DNA from: Thermofilaceae archaeon
Lineage (GTDB): Archaea; Thermoproteota; Thermoprotei; Thermofilales; Thermofilaceae
NCBI GenBank assembly: GCA_038727095.1
Contig: JAVYWK010000005.1
Span: 1 to 64,000, forward strand
DNA: 64,000 nt
Direction of reading: 5' to 3'
The position numbers were made by a program, and so were the translations under genes. Under the pieces are notes generated by a model that saw only the letters and a list, made by a program, of their open reading frames with translations, ran no database searches and was not told the DNA's origin. Positions 39,616-48,855 of the stretch are shown piece after piece (position 1 is the first letter of the stretch; the number at the start of each line of letters is the position of its first letter).

Positions 39616-40683
39616 GTGGTTCGGGTAAACCTCGAAGGAGTCACGAAAAGGTTCGGCAACGTCCTGGCGGTCGACAACGTCACATTGACCGTTGAGAGCG
39701 AAGAGTTCTTCGTCCTCCTCGGACCCTCAGGCTGCGGGAAGACAACGACGCTCAGGATTGTTGCTGGGCTTGAGACTCCCGACGCGGGCAGGGTGTTCTT
39801 CGATGGCGTTGACGTAACTCAGGTTCCGGCGAGAAAGAGGGAAGTGGCAATGGTGTTCCAGAGCTACGCCGTGTGGCCGCACATGAAGGTTTTCGAGAAC
39901 ATCGCTATGCCTCTGAGGATAAGGAAGCTTCCCGAGGGCGAGATCGCCGAGAGGGTGAAGAGGGTGGCGGAGATACTCCAGATAGACCACCTCCTCGACA
40001 GGTACCCGTTCCAGCTTTCGGGCGGCGAGAGGCAAAGGGTGGCGGTGGCTAGAGCCCTCGCCGTTGAGCCGAAGGTTCTGCTGATGGACGAGCCGTTGAG
40101 CAACCTGGACGCCCTGCTGAGGGTGACGGCTAGAGCGGAGCTGAAGAGGCTTCAGAAGAAGCTGAGGATCACGACGCTGTACGTCACGCACGACCAGGTC
40201 GAGGCGATGGTTCTAGCGGATAGAATCGCGGTGATGAACAAGGGTAGGCTGGTGCAAGTGGGGACACCCGACGAAATCTATCGAGAGCCGATCCACCGGT
40301 TTGTTGCGCACTTCATCGGGTCTCCACCAATCAACTTCTTCGATGGAGTGATGCAGGAGGTTTGTATAGATGCCGGTTTCGCCAGGATCCCCGTCAACAA
40401 CGTCCCAGAGGAATACGTTGGCAAGCAGGTTATCGTAGGAGTCAGGCCTGAGGACCTTAGCCTGCAGCCAGTCCCGAGGGGGTTGGAACTGAAGGGTGAA
40501 CTCCTATTGATCGAAAACTTGGGGAACGAGTACATCCTTCACGTCGATGTTGGAGGTACCACCCTCCGAGTTTTGGCCAGGGAGAAGTCAACAAGGAGGG
40601 ATGTTACGCTGTACCTCGATCCTGCGAACCTACACATATTCGACAAAAGCACTGAGCTTAGAATACCCCTTCGATACAAGTGA
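39616..40683 (+). CDS. Sugar ABC transporter ATPase (MalK-like)
   Basis: GPSGCGKT, LSGGERQR, LLMDEP, YVTHDQ, FIGSP, GVRPED. Confidence 0.93.
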   Translation: MVRVNLEGVTKRFGNVLAVDNVTLTVESEEFFVLLGPSGCGKTTTLRIVAGLETPDAGRVFFDGVDVTQVPARKREVAMVFQSYAVWPHMKVFENIAMPLRIRKLPEGEIAERVKRVAEILQIDHLLDRYPFQLSGGERQRVAVARALAVEPKVLLMDEPLSNLDALLRVTARAELKRLQKKLRITTLYVTHDQVEAMVLADRIAVMNKGRLVQVGTPDEIYREPIHRFVAHFIGSPPINFFDGVMQEVCIDAGFARIPVNNVPEEYVGKQVIVGVRPEDLSLQPVPRGLELKGELLLIENLGNEYILHVDVGGTTLRVLAREKSTRRDVTLYLDPANLHIFDKSTELRIPLRYK

Positions 40684-40952
40684 ATCTATAGGTCTAGATT
40701 TTTGATAGGCGGATTAGGCGCGACTGGTAAAACCTGAAACTTTGTTTCCGCATTGGGCAAGTGGGTCCTGCATCCCCTGAAGCTTCAGCCGCGCTCAGGC
40801 CTATCCGGATGTAGCGACCAAGGTCACCTCTCAGTTGCAGCGCAGGGTTTTGGCGAGCGCCCGTCGACGGGTCAGGTATAACCTTCGCAGCGGCGGTGCT
40901 CACCCTCTTGATCCTGCACTCAGCTTTTATAGGCTGGGTTAGCGAACCCTCG

Positions 40953-42932
40953 ATGCTTGCCGCCGTCGATGTCGGCGGGACCTTCACCGACCTCCTGTAC
41001 CTATCGCGCGACGGGCAGTTGGGTTTCCTCAAGATCCTCTCCACGCCGCGGGAGCCTGAGAGAGCGGTTGTCGAGGGGTTGAGAAGGATCGCCGCAAGAA
41101 GCCCGGTGAGGGAGGTCGTCCACGCCACGACGCTCGCCACGAACGCGCTAAGGGGGCAGAGAGGGTTGGAGCTTCCCCGTACCGCCTTCGTCACAACGAA
41201 GGGTTTCAGGGATATCATCGAGATAGGGAGGCAGAATCGGCCCCGCCTCTACGACCTCTTCTTCGAGAAGCCTAGGCCGCTAGCCCCGAGGGAGCTGCGC
41301 TTCGAGCTCGACGAGAGGGTTGACGCGAGCGGCAGAGTTCTGAAGCCGTTGAGTCCGGCCGAGGTCGAGGAGCTGGGCCTGAAGCTGAGGGAGCTGGGCG
41401 TCGAGAGCGCAGCCGTCTGCCTCCTCCACTCCTACCTGCGCCCCGAGCACGAGGAGCTGGTTGGTAGGATCTTGTCGAAGCACGTTCGGTACATCTCGCT
41501 GTCCCACCGCGTCGCCCCGGAGCCGCGGGAGTACGAGAGGGCTTCAACGACCCTCGTCAACGCTGTGCTGCAACCTCTAGTCTCGAGGTACCTCACCAGC
41601 CTGGCGGGTGAGCTGGAGGGGATAGGAGTCAGGGGGCTCTACCTGATGTCGAGCAGCGGCGGGCTTGTGGACTCGAGGGAGGCGGCGGAGAGGCCGGTGC
41701 AGATCATCGAGAGCGGGCCCGCGGCCGGTGCTGTAGCCGCGGCGGAGTTGGCCAGGATGTTGGGCCTCGGCAGGGTCATCAGCTTCGACATGGGCGGCAC
41801 GACGGCGAAGGCGGCCGTTGTGGCAAACGGCGGGGTGGAGGTTACGACGGAGTACGAGGTGGGAGGCGAGTCCCACCACGGCCGCGTAGTCAAGGGCTCC
41901 GGCTACCCGGTCAGGTTCCCGTTCATCGACTTGGCCGAGGTGTCCGCTGGGGGAGGGACCATCATCTGGAGGGATGAGGCGGGAGCCTTAGCGGTGGGCC
42001 CCGTAAGCGCGGGTTCGGAGCCTGGACCGGCCTGCTACGGTAGGGGCGGCCGCGAGCCGACGGTCACGGACGCGAACCTCGTGCTGGGTAGGCTCGGTGA
42101 AAGCCTGCTCGGCGGCAGCCTGCGCTTGGACAGGAGAGCCGCGGAGTCAGCCCTCTCCAGGCTCGGCGACCCGGCGGATGTGGCTGCCAGGGCCTTGGAG
42201 CTGATCAACCTGGAGATGGCGAGGGGTGTGAGGCTCGTCACCGTGGAGAGGGGCTTCGACCCGGCGGACCACGTCCTCGTAGCCTTCGGGGGCGCTGGAC
42301 CGCAGTTCGCAGCCTTTCTGGCGGAGGAGCTGGGGATCAGAGAGGTGCTTGTGCCACCCCACCCCGGCCTGTTCAGCGCGTGGGGTTTGCTCGCCGCGGA
42401 CTGGAGGTTTGAGGCGAGAAGCGCCTACCCCGACCCTGAGGCGCTGGAGGAGACGTACAGGAGGATGGAGGAGTCGTTGATGGAGAAGCTCGGCCACGCC
42501 GATTACTTCGTTAGGAGCGCCGACGTCAGGTACAGGGGTCAGGGATGGGAGCTCACAGTGCCCGTGGGAAGGCCCGCGAGCCTCGAATCCGTGAAGCGAG
42601 CCTTCGAGGAGAAGCATGAGGCAACCTTCGGCTTTACGCTCGGGTTGGACGTGGAGATCGTCGTGGCCAGGGTCTTCGCGGTGAAGCTGAGGCCCAAGCC
42701 CGGGCTACCGCGGCCCCCGGCGGGCGAGCCGGTGAAGCCGGGTTCGAGGAGGGTCTTCTTTGAAGACGGGTGGGTTGAGACACCCGTTTACAGGAGGGAG
42801 AGCCTTCCGGTCGGCTTCGTGGGCGAGGGGCCGGCGATCGTTGAGGAGTACTCCTCCACGACCGTGGTGCCACCAGGGTGGGAGTTCAGCGTGGGTAAGC
42901 TCGGCGAGCTGAGGCTCGTTCGGGTGGGCTAG
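40953..42932 (+). CDS. Hydantoinase/5-oxoprolinase subunit A
   Basis: DVGGTFTD, HATTLATNA, ESGPAAG, DMGGTT, GPACYGRGG, FGGAG. Confidence 0.92.
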   Translation: MLAAVDVGGTFTDLLYLSRDGQLGFLKILSTPREPERAVVEGLRRIAARSPVREVVHATTLATNALRGQRGLELPRTAFVTTKGFRDIIEIGRQNRPRLYDLFFEKPRPLAPRELRFELDERVDASGRVLKPLSPAEVEELGLKLRELGVESAAVCLLHSYLRPEHEELVGRILSKHVRYISLSHRVAPEPREYERASTTLVNAVLQPLVSRYLTSLAGELEGIGVRGLYLMSSSGGLVDSREAAERPVQIIESGPAAGAVAAAELARMLGLGRVISFDMGGTTAKAAVVANGGVEVTTEYEVGGESHHGRVVKGSGYPVRFPFIDLAEVSAGGGTIIWRDEAGALAVGPVSAGSEPGPACYGRGGREPTVTDANLVLGRLGESLLGGSLRLDRRAAESALSRLGDPADVAARALELINLEMARGVRLVTVERGFDPADHVLVAFGGAGPQFAAFLAEELGIREVLVPPHPGLFSAWGLLAADWRFEARSAYPDPEALEETYRRMEESLMEKLGHADYFVRSADVRYRGQGWELTVPVGRPASLESVKRAFEEKHEATFGFTLGLDVEIVVARVFAVKLRPKPGLPRPPAGEPVKPGSRRVFFEDGWVETPVYRRESLPVGFVGEGPAIVEEYSSTTVVPPGWEFSVGKLGELRLVRVG

Positions 42933-42933
42933 C

Positions 42934-44289
42934 TTGCCGTCGTGGGAGCTCATCCACAAGGCCACGGTCTTCATCGCGGAGGAGATGGGGGTCGCGCTGA
43001 AGCGGTCGGCGCTTTCCCCGAACATCAGGGAGCGGGTTGATCTGAGCTGCGCCGTGGCCGACGGGGAGGGGAGGATCGTCGCTCAAGCGGAGCACATCCC
43101 GGTCCACCTCGGCTCCTTCAGGGTCTGCGTACGAAACGTGCTGGAGTGGCTCAGGAGGAGCGGCGTCGAGCTGGAGGAGGGTGACGCTCTGGTACTCAAC
43201 GACCCGTACATTTCGGGTACCCACCTGAACGATGTTACGGTCATCGCCCCCGTCGTCAGCGGAGGCGAGGTCGTGGCGTACGTGGCCTGCAAGGCGCACC
43301 ACGTCGACGTCGGCGGCCCCGCCCCAGGCAGCATCAACCCAGCGGCTAGGACGCTCTACGAGGAGGGCTTCATCGTGCCGCCCGTGAAGCTGGTCAGAAG
43401 GGGGTCGATCGACCGCGACCTGCTGGAGATGATAGCGGCCAACAGCAAGACGCCCCGGATCGTCGCGTGCGACCTCCGAGCGCAAGCCGCTGTGGTGCAG
43501 CTGGGGGTGAAGAGGGTGCTGGAGCTCATGGGGAGGTACGGCTCGAGCCGAGTCCTCGAAGCCTGGTCCGAGTCGATCGAGTACGCGAGGGCCCTTGCCG
43601 CGAAGCGCATCTCCGGTTGGAGGGGCGGAGTGTACGAGGCCGAGGATTTTGTCGAGCTGGGTGAGGAGGACCTAGCGATAAGGGCGCGAGTCGAGATCCG
43701 CGGGGGCGGGGTCAGCGTGGACTTCACAGGCACCTCCAGCCAGGTGGAAGCCCCCCTCAACGCTGTGTTCGGGGTTACGTAGGCCGCGGGCTCGGGGACG
43801 ATGATGAACGTAATGCTCGGCGGTGTGAGCGAGGGTGGCTACTGGGCCTACTACGAGACCGTCGGCGGCGGCACCGGAGCCAGGCCCTGCAGGGACGGGG
43901 TGAGCGGGGTCCACGTCAACATGACCAACACGCTGAACACGCCGATAGAGGTCGCCGAGAGGAGCTACCCGATCCTCTACACCGCCTACAGGATTAGAGA
44001 GGGGAGCGGAGGGAGGGGTAGGTACAGGGGCGGGGACGGCATCGTGAGATCCTTCATCGCCCTGAAACCCTGCAGGCTCTCGATACTGGCCGACCGCTTC
44101 AGAAGAGGCCCCTACGGGCTCCGGGGAGGGGAACCGGGAGCACCAGGCAGAGTCACGATCAAGAAACGGGACGGAAGGGTGCTGGAGATGCCGAGCAAGT
44201 TCACCGTGGACTTAGAGGAGGAGGACGAAGTCGTTGTGGAGACTCCGGGAGGAGGGGGATGGGGATCGCCCGAAGGATATGAGGAATGA
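42934..44289 (+). pseudogene. Hydantoinase B/5-oxoprolinase subunit B, interrupted by an in-frame TAG and an internal deletion
   Basis: N-part (SPNIRER, HIPVHLG, NDPY.GTHLND, HHVDVGG) ends NAVFGVT-TAG; the same frame resumes [29 protein letters not shown]; the usual intervening segment is absent. Confidence 0.75.
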
Positions 44290-44373
44290 GCCTTCTGGTA
44301 TGCAAGGGTTCCATCGCGTTTGGAGAAGCCTCGTAGGCAGTAGATATTTAAAGGCTTTTTCGCTAGTGTTAGC

Positions 44374-45648
44374 ATGGCTAACTTTCGATTATCAAAAAGG
44401 ATCTTAGCCTCGATAATATTGATGGGTTTTGCGGGACAGGTAGCTTGGACTGTCGAGAATCAATACTTTAACGTTTTTCTTTACAACGTCATAATTCCAG
44501 ACCCTGCGTACGTGTCATATATGGTGGCTCTTAGCGCTGTCGTTGCAACCTTAACCAGCATACTGATTGGAGCCCTCAGCGATGCAAGGACAACCCGTTG
44601 GGGTAAAAGGAGACCCTACCTGCTTCTCTTTTCAGTTTGGGGTCTTGTGACTGGACTATTTCCTATGGCTGCTTGGTTGAGGCCTGCTGTTCTAGCAGCT
44701 TGGTTCGCAATTTTCTGGGATTGCCTGATGACCTTCTTCGGCTCTGCGGCGTACGACGCGAACTTCAACGCGTACGTTATAGATGTCACAACAGTCGAGA
44801 ACAGGGGGAAGGTAATGGGTATCGTGTCTATTCTCGGAGGTCTCTCCTTGATCCTCATCTACGCTTTCGCCGGCTTATTCATCGAGATCTTCGGCTACTT
44901 CAACTTCTTCTACCTCGTTGGTGCCTTAACCGCTTCACTCGGCACGATTGGCGCACTACTGGCTGAGGAGCCCTCTGGGCCCCTTAGCGCACAGGGTAGC
45001 GTCCTAACCAGGATCAAGGAGAGTTTCAGCCCCGAGTTTATCAGAAGGCATGCGAGCGTTTTCACCTTACTTCTAGCTAGCGGCATCGGAGGGGTTGGTT
45101 ATCAAACCTTCTTTCCATACATCCTCATCTACATCCAGCACTACCTTCAGTACCCGCTCGGACTTGCATCAATTCTAATATTCATCGCTCTACTAGTAGG
45201 GATGATCGCGGGCTTACTCTCTGGCTTCGCAGTAGATAAGTTCGGAAGGAAAAAGTTCGGTATTCTAACTCATGTCTTCGGTGTCCTGGCTCTTTACGCG
45301 TTCTCCTTTGCAAGACAAATCCACGAGACGCTAGCTCTCGGCATAGCTTGGGTTTCACTCCTGAGCTGCAGCGGCGTAGCTATCGGAACTTGGCTGAGGG
45401 ACCTCTTCCCAGAAGAGAAGAGAGGGGAGTTCAGTGGCTACAATATACTGTTCAATGTAGCGTTTACGATGATCCCAGGTCCAATGATAGGCAGCTGGCT
45501 CATACATCAATTCGGAGAAAGGAAGGTTATCAACGGTGAAGAAGCCATCATCCCAGCCCCCGTGATATTCCAAGCTGGCGCCCTCATTATGCTGCTCTCC
45601 GTCCCCCTCATGTTGAAGGTTAATGAAACCCTTCGAAAAACGCCATGA
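44374..45648 (+). CDS. MFS transporter (sugar/glycoside type)
   Basis: 12 TMs, GALSD..TRWGKRRPY, DKFGRK; lower GC than its flanks. Confidence 0.88.
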   Translation: MANFRLSKRILASIILMGFAGQVAWTVENQYFNVFLYNVIIPDPAYVSYMVALSAVVATLTSILIGALSDARTTRWGKRRPYLLLFSVWGLVTGLFPMAAWLRPAVLAAWFAIFWDCLMTFFGSAAYDANFNAYVIDVTTVENRGKVMGIVSILGGLSLILIYAFAGLFIEIFGYFNFFYLVGALTASLGTIGALLAEEPSGPLSAQGSVLTRIKESFSPEFIRRHASVFTLLLASGIGGVGYQTFFPYILIYIQHYLQYPLGLASILIFIALLVGMIAGLLSGFAVDKFGRKKFGILTHVFGVLALYAFSFARQIHETLALGIAWVSLLSCSGVAIGTWLRDLFPEEKRGEFSGYNILFNVAFTMIPGPMIGSWLIHQFGERKVINGEEAIIPAPVIFQAGALIMLLSVPLMLKVNETLRKTP

Positions 45649-45749
45649 CAATAAAATCTTGATAAGCAGTAGTTCTAGGCATAACGGAATCAGCGCTGGA
45701 CTCTCGACTCAATGAGAGATAAACCTCAAAGAAGTATTCGTGTGAACCC

Positions 45750-45767
45750 TTTTCCAATATTTTAAGG
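45750..45767. repeat. 18-bp dispersed repeat, copy 2
   Basis: TTTTCCAATATTTTAAGG identical to 27540-27557. Confidence 0.7.
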
Positions 45768-45782
45768 GTTAAGAATTCAAGA

Positions 45783-46721
45783 TTATACGAGGCCTAGGGT
45801 TTTCAGTGATTCAATGGCATAGAACGTGTATTCCAGACTTGATACGCCGTGCGTGGTTGTGCGGCGGAAGCCTCCGTTAGCGTTCTGCAAGCTTGAAACG
45901 TACCTTAAGTGGCTGCGCGCGTACCTCGGGGATGCCCCCAGCTTCTGCAGTGTTTTCAATCCGTAGTACAGGTTTTCAACAAAGTAGTTCCTGGAGTAGG
46001 GGGTTGCGCTGAATCCGCCGCTCTCGTTCTCGCACGCTAGAACCCACTTCACAGTCTCGGCCGGCGTGTCGAATCGGTGCAGCGCGCTCAAGCCCTTGAC
46101 AGCCCAGTAGGTGTACTCAAGCTGGGGCACGGGGTGGCCGAACCCTCCACCGTTCCGGCTCTTGAGCATTGCGGCTGCGGCAGCTTCAGCGTAGCGATCC
46201 GCCGCGCCGCCGAGCCTGTCTAGCGCGAGGACGATCATTGAAACCCTGTTCAACCAGGGGGTGAAATCGGCCGGCGTAATGATGTAGGTGGCATCCTTCG
46301 ATCGGAGGACGCCCTTCTCATCGATCAGCGGCTTCTCGTCGAGGAGGACCCGCGCGTGACCGTTCTGCTCCGCGAGGGTCGCCTCCAGGGCCTCGAGGAG
46401 GAAGCGGGCAGCCCCCTCCGGGTCAGCCGGCTTAGCGCCCAGTAGATCGAGAGCCAGCAGCGAGTTGTACGCTACTTCAACGCTCCTGTAGCCGCCCGAC
46501 GGATCCTGTAGGCGCCTTAGGAATCCGATTGTAGCGTCGGCTTGCGGAGGATCAACCTTCAGCGTGGAGAGGATTGAGAGAGCGTAGAAGGTGTCCTCAG
46601 CCGACGATTCGAACATGTCCATGTACTGGAAGGAGAGGTAGCCGCCGTCGCTCCCCCGCTTCGATAGCACGTACTCGACCACCCCGTCGAGGTCAACCAG
46701 CGCGTACAAGCTCCCCGCCAT
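45783..46721 (-). CDS. Prenyltransferase/squalene-cyclase-repeat (alpha/alpha barrel) protein
   Basis: Repeats LQDPSGGY, CENESGGF, LQNANGGF each followed by TFYAL/TYWA-type helices. Confidence 0.8.
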   Translation of the reverse strand: MAGSLYALVDLDGVVEYVLSKRGSDGGYLSFQYMDMFESSAEDTFYALSILSTLKVDPPQADATIGFLRRLQDPSGGYRSVEVAYNSLLALDLLGAKPADPEGAARFLLEALEATLAEQNGHARVLLDEKPLIDEKGVLRSKDATYIITPADFTPWLNRVSMIVLALDRLGGAADRYAEAAAAAMLKSRNGGGFGHPVPQLEYTYWAVKGLSALHRFDTPAETVKWVLACENESGGFSATPYSRNYFVENLYYGLKTLQKLGASPRYARSHLRYVSSLQNANGGFRRTTTHGVSSLEYTFYAIESLKTLGLV

Positions 46722-46722
46722 T

Positions 46723-47430
46723 TCAAACACCCAGGCTCGACAAAAGCTCCCTCAGATCCTCATCCCCCAGCACGCGCAGGATGCTCAACCGACCCCCAAA
46801 CCTCCGCCAGGAGGAGGCAACAGCCAGCTGAGGGTATCCACCGCGCACGAGCTCCTGAACATCCACTTCAACGCCCACCACCTCCCCCTCGTAAACACTC
46901 CCGTAAACGGGGTGGACGGCTCTCGCCCTCTCCCTGAGGAAGCTCTTCGGCAGAACGAAGCGCAGCTCCCGGCGCTCACCCAGCCTAACCCTATTGAACT
47001 TGTAGGGGAGGATCACCGTATCGTCGCGCGGCAGGTAGAGGAGATCCACCATCCCGCTCACAGGCAGCACGCCGCGCGGTAGATCACCCACCCTCTCCTC
47101 CTCAACGAAGCGCAACCCCTTCACGCGCAGACGCTCAACCTGCCCTACGGGAACCTCCTCCCGCATCCCGCTCACAACCCTCCCATACTCCCCCAACGCC
47201 TCGATCTCGAAGTCGCTCATCACGCCGTCCCCGCACCCGACCCGAACCTCCCCCTCACCCACCTGGAAGTTCACGGCGAGAGGCCTCGCCTCAAGCAGCT
47301 GCAGAACATCCAGCCCGCCGGAACCCGGGGTTAAAAGGGCGCCTTTAGCAAGTTCTCTATCATCGACCAGCACCTCAACTGTCAACGCGGTCTTCAAAGC
47401 CTCGAAGACGCGGTGCGGAAGCAGTCTCAC
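46723..47430 (-). CDS. Hypothetical protein
   Basis: 235-aa ORF directly upstream of the prenyltransferase-repeat gene; TTTAAATA TATA upstream. Confidence 0.65.
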   Translation of the reverse strand: MRLLPHRVFEALKTALTVEVLVDDRELAKGALLTPGSGGLDVLQLLEARPLAVNFQVGEGEVRVGCGDGVMSDFEIEALGEYGRVVSGMREEVPVGQVERLRVKGLRFVEEERVGDLPRGVLPVSGMVDLLYLPRDDTVILPYKFNRVRLGERRELRFVLPKSFLRERARAVHPVYGSVYEGEVVGVEVDVQELVRGGYPQLAVASSWRRFGGRLSILRVLGDEDLRELLSSLGV

Positions 47431-47522
47431 AGATACCGGTGTAACGGCTGTTACAATACACTATTTAAAGCTTTCCATTCAGCCGTCAAACCCTTAACCC
47501 AGGCAGCCGCAGAGTACTCGTC

Positions 47523-48056
47523 ATGAAGGAAGGGAAGCTGCTTATCATCCTGTACGAAGTCCCCGAGGAGCCGTCAAGATTCAAAGTCCGAGTCTGGAGG
47601 AAGCTGAGAGGGTTGGGGGGAGTGTACCCCCGCCTCTCGCTCTGTCTGCTACCCGACACTAGGGAGGTGAGGGAAGCCCTAGCTGGAGTGCTGAGGGAAA
47701 TCAGGGAGTACGGTACCGCCATCGTAATTGAGGGTAAAGCATCCAGCGGAGACGACACCTCCCAGCTCCAGAGCCTGCTCGCACTAGTGAAGGAGAGGGA
47801 GTATAGGGAAATCCTCGAGGAGTGCGACGAGTTCCTCAACGAGATAAGAGAGAACATCGAGAAAGGAAACGTGACGCAAGAGGAAGCGGAAGAGCTGGAG
47901 AAGATCCTCGAAGCGTTGAAGAAGTGGTACCAGCAGGTGCGCAACAGCGACTGGATCGGAGCAAAAGCCGGGGATGAAGTAGATAAGAAGCTGAGGGAGT
48001 GTGAGAAAGCTCTTGAAGAGTTCACCTCCCTATGCCTAAGAAACCTAAAATGGTAA
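47523..48056 (+). CDS. ChrB N-terminal-domain / PaaX-like protein
   Basis: LYEVPEEPSRFKVRVWRKLRGLG, EYREILEEC..F..EI, ELEK...LKKW..VR..DW. Confidence 0.7.
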   Translation: MKEGKLLIILYEVPEEPSRFKVRVWRKLRGLGGVYPRLSLCLLPDTREVREALAGVLREIREYGTAIVIEGKASSGDDTSQLQSLLALVKEREYREILEECDEFLNEIRENIEKGNVTQEEAEELEKILEALKKWYQQVRNSDWIGAKAGDEVDKKLRECEKALEEFTSLCLRNLKW

Positions 48057-48166
48057 AAGTTTAAAAGTGGAGAAGAGCATAAGCTGCTGGAAAAAATCTT
48101 AAAATGATAATTTTATCTCGACACTATAGCTTCACTTAGAAGAAACTTGCTGGTTGGTGGAGTGGG

Positions 48167-48808
48167 TTAGAGTTCTGGCTGAGTTTGTTTGAGGGTTTCT
48201 TCGGTTGCGAGTAGTACTGCTTTTACTTGTAGCTCGAGTGATAGTGAGGCGGGGGGGCCTGGTTTTGACGCTGCGATCTCCGGTGTGTAAGGCAAGTGGA
48301 TGAAACCCGCTTTGAGGGGATAGCCGTTTCGGCTGGCGAAGTAGAGTAGCGTGTACATCGCGTAGTTGCAGAGGAAGGTTCCCGCCGTGTAGGATAGTGC
48401 CGCTGGGATCCCCACGCGCCTTAGTCTCTCGAGGATCCTCCGGGTAGGTAGTGTGGCGAAGTAGGCTGCAGGCCCGTGGGGGTCGATTGGCTCGTCGACC
48501 GGTTGCTCGCCGTCGTTGTCTGGTTTTGAGGCGTCCTTGATGTTTACCGCGACACGCTCGATTCTGACGTGGGTTGAGCCAGGGTTGAGCCCCAGCGCGA
48601 TGCAAACCTGCGGTTTCAGCTCCTCGAGCAGCTTGATTAGCTCGACTCCAGCCCTCTTGAACGAGACGGGTAGCGTCGCGGATCGCGCCGCGTACCCCAT
48701 CGCGTCCAGCCTCTCTGCCGCGAGCTTTGCGACGAGTGAGGAGGGGTTGACTTCTTCGCCGCCGAAAGGCTCGAAACCCGTTAGCAGGATCACGCGTGCC
48801 CCTCTCAT
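48167..48808 (-). CDS. pcp: Pyroglutamyl-peptidase I
   Basis: LTGFEPFGG..NPS, ERVAVN, PDNDG.QP, AGTFLCN, GFIHLP (E/C/H triad). Confidence 0.95.
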   Translation of the reverse strand: MRGARVILLTGFEPFGGEEVNPSSLVAKLAAERLDAMGYAARSATLPVSFKRAGVELIKLLEELKPQVCIALGLNPGSTHVRIERVAVNIKDASKPDNDGEQPVDEPIDPHGPAAYFATLPTRRILERLRRVGIPAALSYTAGTFLCNYAMYTLLYFASRNGYPLKAGFIHLPYTPEIAASKPGPPASLSLELQVKAVLLATEETLKQTQPEL

Positions 48809-48855
48809 CCGGTTGTTATAAGCGCGCTTGCAGCTTCAGGCTTGAGGCCGCGCTC

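Noticed and set aside
40694-40950. Possible decayed gene between the ABC operon and hydantoinase A
   Set aside because: No family could be supported; the listed ORF is largely antisense to hydantoinase A
43780-43782. Pyrrolysine or readthrough at the in-frame TAG
   Set aside because: No pyl genes in the window, and a conserved protein segment is missing at this exact point, so a deletion explains it better
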